In this document: piece by piece, positions 60,541 to 64,000 of the stretch | How the letters are laid out: every line of letters starts with the position of its first letter | Numbering within the stretch: the first letter of the stretch is position 1 | From: Polynucleobacter sp. | GTDB lineage: Bacteria; Pseudomonadota; Gammaproteobacteria; Burkholderiales; Burkholderiaceae | Length of the DNA: 64,000 bases | Assembly: GCA_044340835.1 (NCBI GenBank) | Contig: JBIISV010000001.1 | Coordinates: forward strand, 13,837 to 77,836 | Direction of reading: 5' to 3' | Translations under genes and position numbers: made by a program | The notes under the pieces: model-generated | The model's database searches: none | What the model was told of the DNA's origin: nothing | What the model saw: only the letters and a program-made list of their open reading frames with translations

Positions 60541-62043
60541 CTAGAATCTTTTAGATGCTGTGTCCGAAGAATCAATCGCGAAACTATCAAGCTTCGCAGC
60601 ACGACCGGGAATAGGATTGTGGCCAAAAGTACCTCTCTTGAGCACGGCTTCCACACCTCCCGATTTTTCAAGGAGTATTAACTGATCTTTTTTTGCTTGC
60701 TGGTCTATAGCCTCCGGGTCAACTATCCCCCTAAGACCCTCTTCTAGATCCTTACTCTTTTGAGATCCCAATGAACTCATCAAATCACATGTCTCCAATG
60801 GATCTTCGCGTAGATTAAAGAGTTGACTCGGTGCATCAACGTGATAAATCAGCTTTAGATCATTTTTGCGAATCATGAACGTCCCCGTCTTAGAGCCATG
60901 TCCGTGGTACTCAGCAAAAACTGTCCTCTCGATTTCACTTCCCGTCATTGCAGGCCAAAGTGAGGAACCGGGAAGGTCGTAATCTGCATTCGTGAGGGAG
61001 GCCCCCACACTTTCCAAAATGGTAGGGAATAAATCTACATGTGATGAAAGCTGACTTATTATTTGGCCTGGTTTTATACCTTTTCCGCAAGCTACTAGAG
61101 GCACTCCGATAGAGTGCTCATACAATACCGATTTGCCAAATAGCCCGTGCGCTCCCGCTGCCTCTCCGTGGTCGCTCGTGTACATAACCCGAGTGGTTTC
61201 CATCAATCTCAAATCCTCAAGCTTTGACATAACACGGCCAATTTGCTCATCCATAAATGTCGTCAACGCATAGTAGCCAGCAAGCGTCCTTCGCACAAAA
61301 TCTTCCGAAGCCAAGCCTTCGCAGGAGTGTATTTTTCGAATATGTCGAATAGACGGGTGCTGCGGTTGTTCTTCGTTCCTGAATTGAGGTGGTAAAAGAA
61401 CATCGGCTGGGTCGTATAAATCCAACAGTCGCTTCGGAACCACAAACGGTGGGTGAGGGCATGTGAATGAGACGAGTAGCACCCAAGGTTTCCCATTATC
61501 TTTAGCATGATCCTGCAACCAGCGCACTGTATTTTCAACAATGTCACAGTCGTAGGTAATATAGTCAGCCTCGCCCACTGCAGTGGCTTCATAGCTCTTA
61601 CGAAGCGCAAGACGTGGTCGTTCACCGTCAGGCGCAGCTCTCAGTAGCCCAAAGAGTGCACCACCCCCTTCCACCATGTGCATCGGAATAATTTCCTCGG
61701 AAAATCCGTTATCGTCAGAAGCGGATCGGAAATGCAATTTCCCAATTGAAGTAACGTTATGGCCCTGTTCCCGCAGTCGGTGATGCCAGCTTGGAACACT
61801 CCCATCGTAAACATGTGCGTTGTCCCAGAACCCGGTCATGTGTGGAAACCGTCCAGTAGCCAGACTTGCGCGGGCTGGACAGCAAAGTGGGCTGGCACTA
61901 TACATATTCGTGAATCGGGCACCACGGGCAGCAATTGCATCAATCGATGGGGTCTTTACAACCGGGTGTCCATAACAACCTGCCAGAGAGCGAGCATGGT
62001 TGTCAGCAAGAAACATCACAAGATTCATTGGAGCAGTATTCAT
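60541..62043 (-). CDS. Sulfatase-family hydrolase (choline-sulfatase-like)
   Basis: SPLCCPARASLATG (CxPxR), IGKLHF, YTSDHGE. Confidence 0.9.
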   Translation of the reverse strand: MNTAPMNLVMFLADNHARSLAGCYGHPVVKTPSIDAIAARGARFTNMYSASPLCCPARASLATGRFPHMTGFWDNAHVYDGSVPSWHHRLREQGHNVTSIGKLHFRSASDDNGFSEEIIPMHMVEGGGALFGLLRAAPDGERPRLALRKSYEATAVGEADYITYDCDIVENTVRWLQDHAKDNGKPWVLLVSFTCPHPPFVVPKRLLDLYDPADVLLPPQFRNEEQPQHPSIRHIRKIHSCEGLASEDFVRRTLAGYYALTTFMDEQIGRVMSKLEDLRLMETTRVMYTSDHGEAAGAHGLFGKSVLYEHSIGVPLVACGKGIKPGQIISQLSSHVDLFPTILESVGASLTNADYDLPGSSLWPAMTGSEIERTVFAEYHGHGSKTGTFMIRKNDLKLIYHVDAPSQLFNLREDPLETCDLMSSLGSQKSKDLEEGLRGIVDPEAIDQQAKKDQLILLEKSGGVEAVLKRGTFGHNPIPGRAAKLDSFAIDSSDTASKRF

Positions 62044-62050
62044 AGTTGTC

Positions 62051-63115
62051 CTATTCGATCTTTGCGTTAGCTTTTTGTGCTGCTTCAATCCATTTTGGAA
62101 TATCAGTGCGTATAAAAGCACTTGCTTCACCTTCAGAGGAGTGGAAAACAGTCAAACCCTCTTTCTCGAGCCGCAGCTTCACTTGCGGAAGTTTCAGAAC
62201 TTCATTCAGAGCGGTATTAAACTTTTTTATGTACCCCACATCAGTGCCAAGAGGGGCAGAAAGCACGTACCAGATCTCGCCATCCAATCCTTTAAATCCA
62301 AGCTCGGCAAAAGTCGGGGTATTGGGAAGCGCTTTAGTTCTGGCCGATCCAGAGACAGCAAGGGCATTGACCTTTCCGGCGCTGATCTGTGCAGATACGG
62401 GCGCGATATTAGTAACCGCATAGCTGATGTTTCCTGACAAAAGGGCATTTAGACTATCTGGACCCCCTCGGAACGGAATAGCGGTAACCTTAATGGACGC
62501 AGAATCTAGGAATATCTCGCCGAGTAGGTGTGGCGCAGATCCATTCCCAGGATAGCCAACATTCAGGTCACCTGGTTTCTGCTTTGCAGCGGCTATAAGC
62601 TGGTCCATATTTTTAAATGGTCCATCAGCTTTGACTATCAACACTACCGGAACTCGCCCGATCATTCCTATGTGAATAAAATCCCTCGTCGCATCGTACC
62701 GGACATTACTTTTGTTTAGCGCAGGTCCAGCGGCATATGAGGATGTACTGCCAAAAGTAATGGTGAGCCCATCTGGGGCCGCTTGAGCACCCGCCAGTGT
62801 TCCGATAATTCCTCCTGACCCGGGCCTATTGTCAACAATGACATTTTTCCCCATTCTCTCTGCGAGCCCTGGTGCAATAGTGCGTGCTATCAGGTCGGGG
62901 CCACCACCAGCAGGAAATGGCACGATAAGGCGAATAGATGAATCCGACTTAGGTTGTGCGGCAGCCGGCCCGATCATTGCGAGACAGGCAGCGCCAGCGC
63001 ATAGAAAAAGCTTGATCCTGCCTAGCTGTGATCGAGCTTTACATACCTCGATTAGGGAAGAAAAGTGCATACCGGCTCCGTTAAAAGTATGTCCATCGTG
63101 TTGTGAGTTATTCAT
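62051..63115 (-). CDS. Bug/TctC substrate-binding protein
   Basis: IRLIVPFPAGGGPD, VDNRPGSGG, IPFRGG; start uncertain. Confidence 0.88.
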   Translation of the reverse strand: MNNSQHDGHTFNGAGMHFSSLIEVCKARSQLGRIKLFLCAGAACLAMIGPAAAQPKSDSSIRLIVPFPAGGGPDLIARTIAPGLAERMGKNVIVDNRPGSGGIIGTLAGAQAAPDGLTITFGSTSSYAAGPALNKSNVRYDATRDFIHIGMIGRVPVVLIVKADGPFKNMDQLIAAAKQKPGDLNVGYPGNGSAPHLLGEIFLDSASIKVTAIPFRGGPDSLNALLSGNISYAVTNIAPVSAQISAGKVNALAVSGSARTKALPNTPTFAELGFKGLDGEIWYVLSAPLGTDVGYIKKFNTALNEVLKLPQVKLRLEKEGLTVFHSSEGEASAFIRTDIPKWIEAAQKANAKIE

Positions 63116-63120
63116 GCCTA

Positions 63121-63150
63121 TTGAATTCAAAATAGTTGTATTGAATTCAA
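63121..63150. promoter_or_regulatory. Paired palindromic operator candidate
   Basis: TTGAATTCAA at 63121 and 63141 in the divergent intergenic region. Confidence 0.5.
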
Positions 63151-63200
63151 TTTAAATATACAATCAAACTTTATCAAACAATTTTTAAAAGTCAAGAGAA

Positions 63201-64000
63201 ATGCACAATAAACAAATTGATAGTTTTGAGCTTTTGCCAAAGGCAACACTGGAAGGACATCCACAATTTGCATCAACACTTGGCAATGGTCTTGATGTAC
63301 TGCAGTGCTTTACCCCAGCGTCCTTAACCCTAAGCAATAAGGAGATATCTGAAAAATTGGGCCTTGCAAAGCCAACCATATCTCGACTAACCTTTACCCT
63401 TGTTGCCATGGGATTTTTATGTAGGGATAAATTAACCGGTAGATACTCTTTAGGGCCTGGTGTATTAACACTTGGCTATCCTTTATTAATACAACTCAAT
63501 ATTAGAGAAATTGCAGCTCAAGATATGATTGAGTTATCAAAGATAGCAAAAGGCCCAGTTTCTCTAGGCATCAGAGATCGTCTGCAGGTTGTTTATATTG
63601 AAACCACCTATAACCGCTATCGTAATAATGCACACCCAGACATTGGTTCTGCTAGGCCTCTATTGAGCACGGCAATTGGGCGTGCTCTACTCTATACAAA
63701 TACAAAATCAGAGCTTGAACTCATTTTAGATAAGTTACATATTGATAAAACAGATGAGTGGAAAAAGTTCCATGAAAAACTGAGCAAATCATTTGAGGAA
63801 ATAGAAAAAAATGGTTTTTGCACAAGCTATGGCGAATGGAGATCTAACTTATATGGAGTAGCAGTCCCATTTAAAAATAAAATTAATGGTCAAAATTTAG
63901 CAATGAATATAACTATTCCGGCCCACCAGGCCAATAAAAAACAAATAGAAAATGATTTTGGCCCTAGACTAGTCGATGTAGTTCAAAATCTTCAAAGTAA
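63201..64000 (+). CDS. IclR-family transcriptional regulator (runs off the window end)
   Basis: Manual translation: FASTLGNGLDVLQCF...LSNKEISEKLGLAKPTISRLTFTL...YSLGPG...STAIGRALL. Confidence 0.88.
   Translation, partial: MHNKQIDSFELLPKATLEGHPQFASTLGNGLDVLQCFTPASLTLSNKEISEKLGLAKPTISRLTFTLVAMGFLCRDKLTGRYSLGPGVLTLGYPLLIQLNIREIAAQDMIELSKIAKGPVSLGIRDRLQVVYIETTYNRYRNNAHPDIGSARPLLSTAIGRALLYTNTKSELELILDKLHIDKTDEWKKFHEKLSKSFEEIEKNGFCTSYGEWRSNLYGVAVPFKNKINGQNLAMNITIPAHQANKKQIENDFGPRLVDVVQNLQS

Overview
Betaproteobacterial chromosome segment, most likely Polynucleobacter (inferred from gene set, many Bug/TctC proteins and moderate GC; not checked against a database). Bases 1-17.3 kb are ordinary core genome: FtsX-type permease, an Mla/Pqi-like ABC operon, tRNA-Arg(ACG), greB, spoT, rpoZ, gmk, yicC, rph, rdgB, hemW and a CoA-transferase cluster. 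From about 17.4 kb to the window end the DNA is accessory and layered. (i) A hipA remnant and single-gene units are separated by decayed tRNA-Phe 3'-end scars. (ii) A 15.5 kb two-partner secretion locus (4359-aa adhesin plus TpsB) is bracketed by ~92-bp direct repeats built like tyrosine-integrase att sites, one matching a tRNA-Ser 3' end. (iii) A P4-type integrase is followed by a RelE/HTH/unknown triplet and an intact phage-derived module (portal, scaffold-like, capsid, holin, endolysin) with no tail or terminase genes in the window, with structured non-coding elements and an exonuclease+Fic insert. (iv) Two catabolic cargo modules follow. The best candidates for something new are the tail-less capsid/lysis island with its rod-shaped RNA, and the att-site/tRNA-scar cassette architecture next to it. 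All family assignments are from motif recognition, not database searches.
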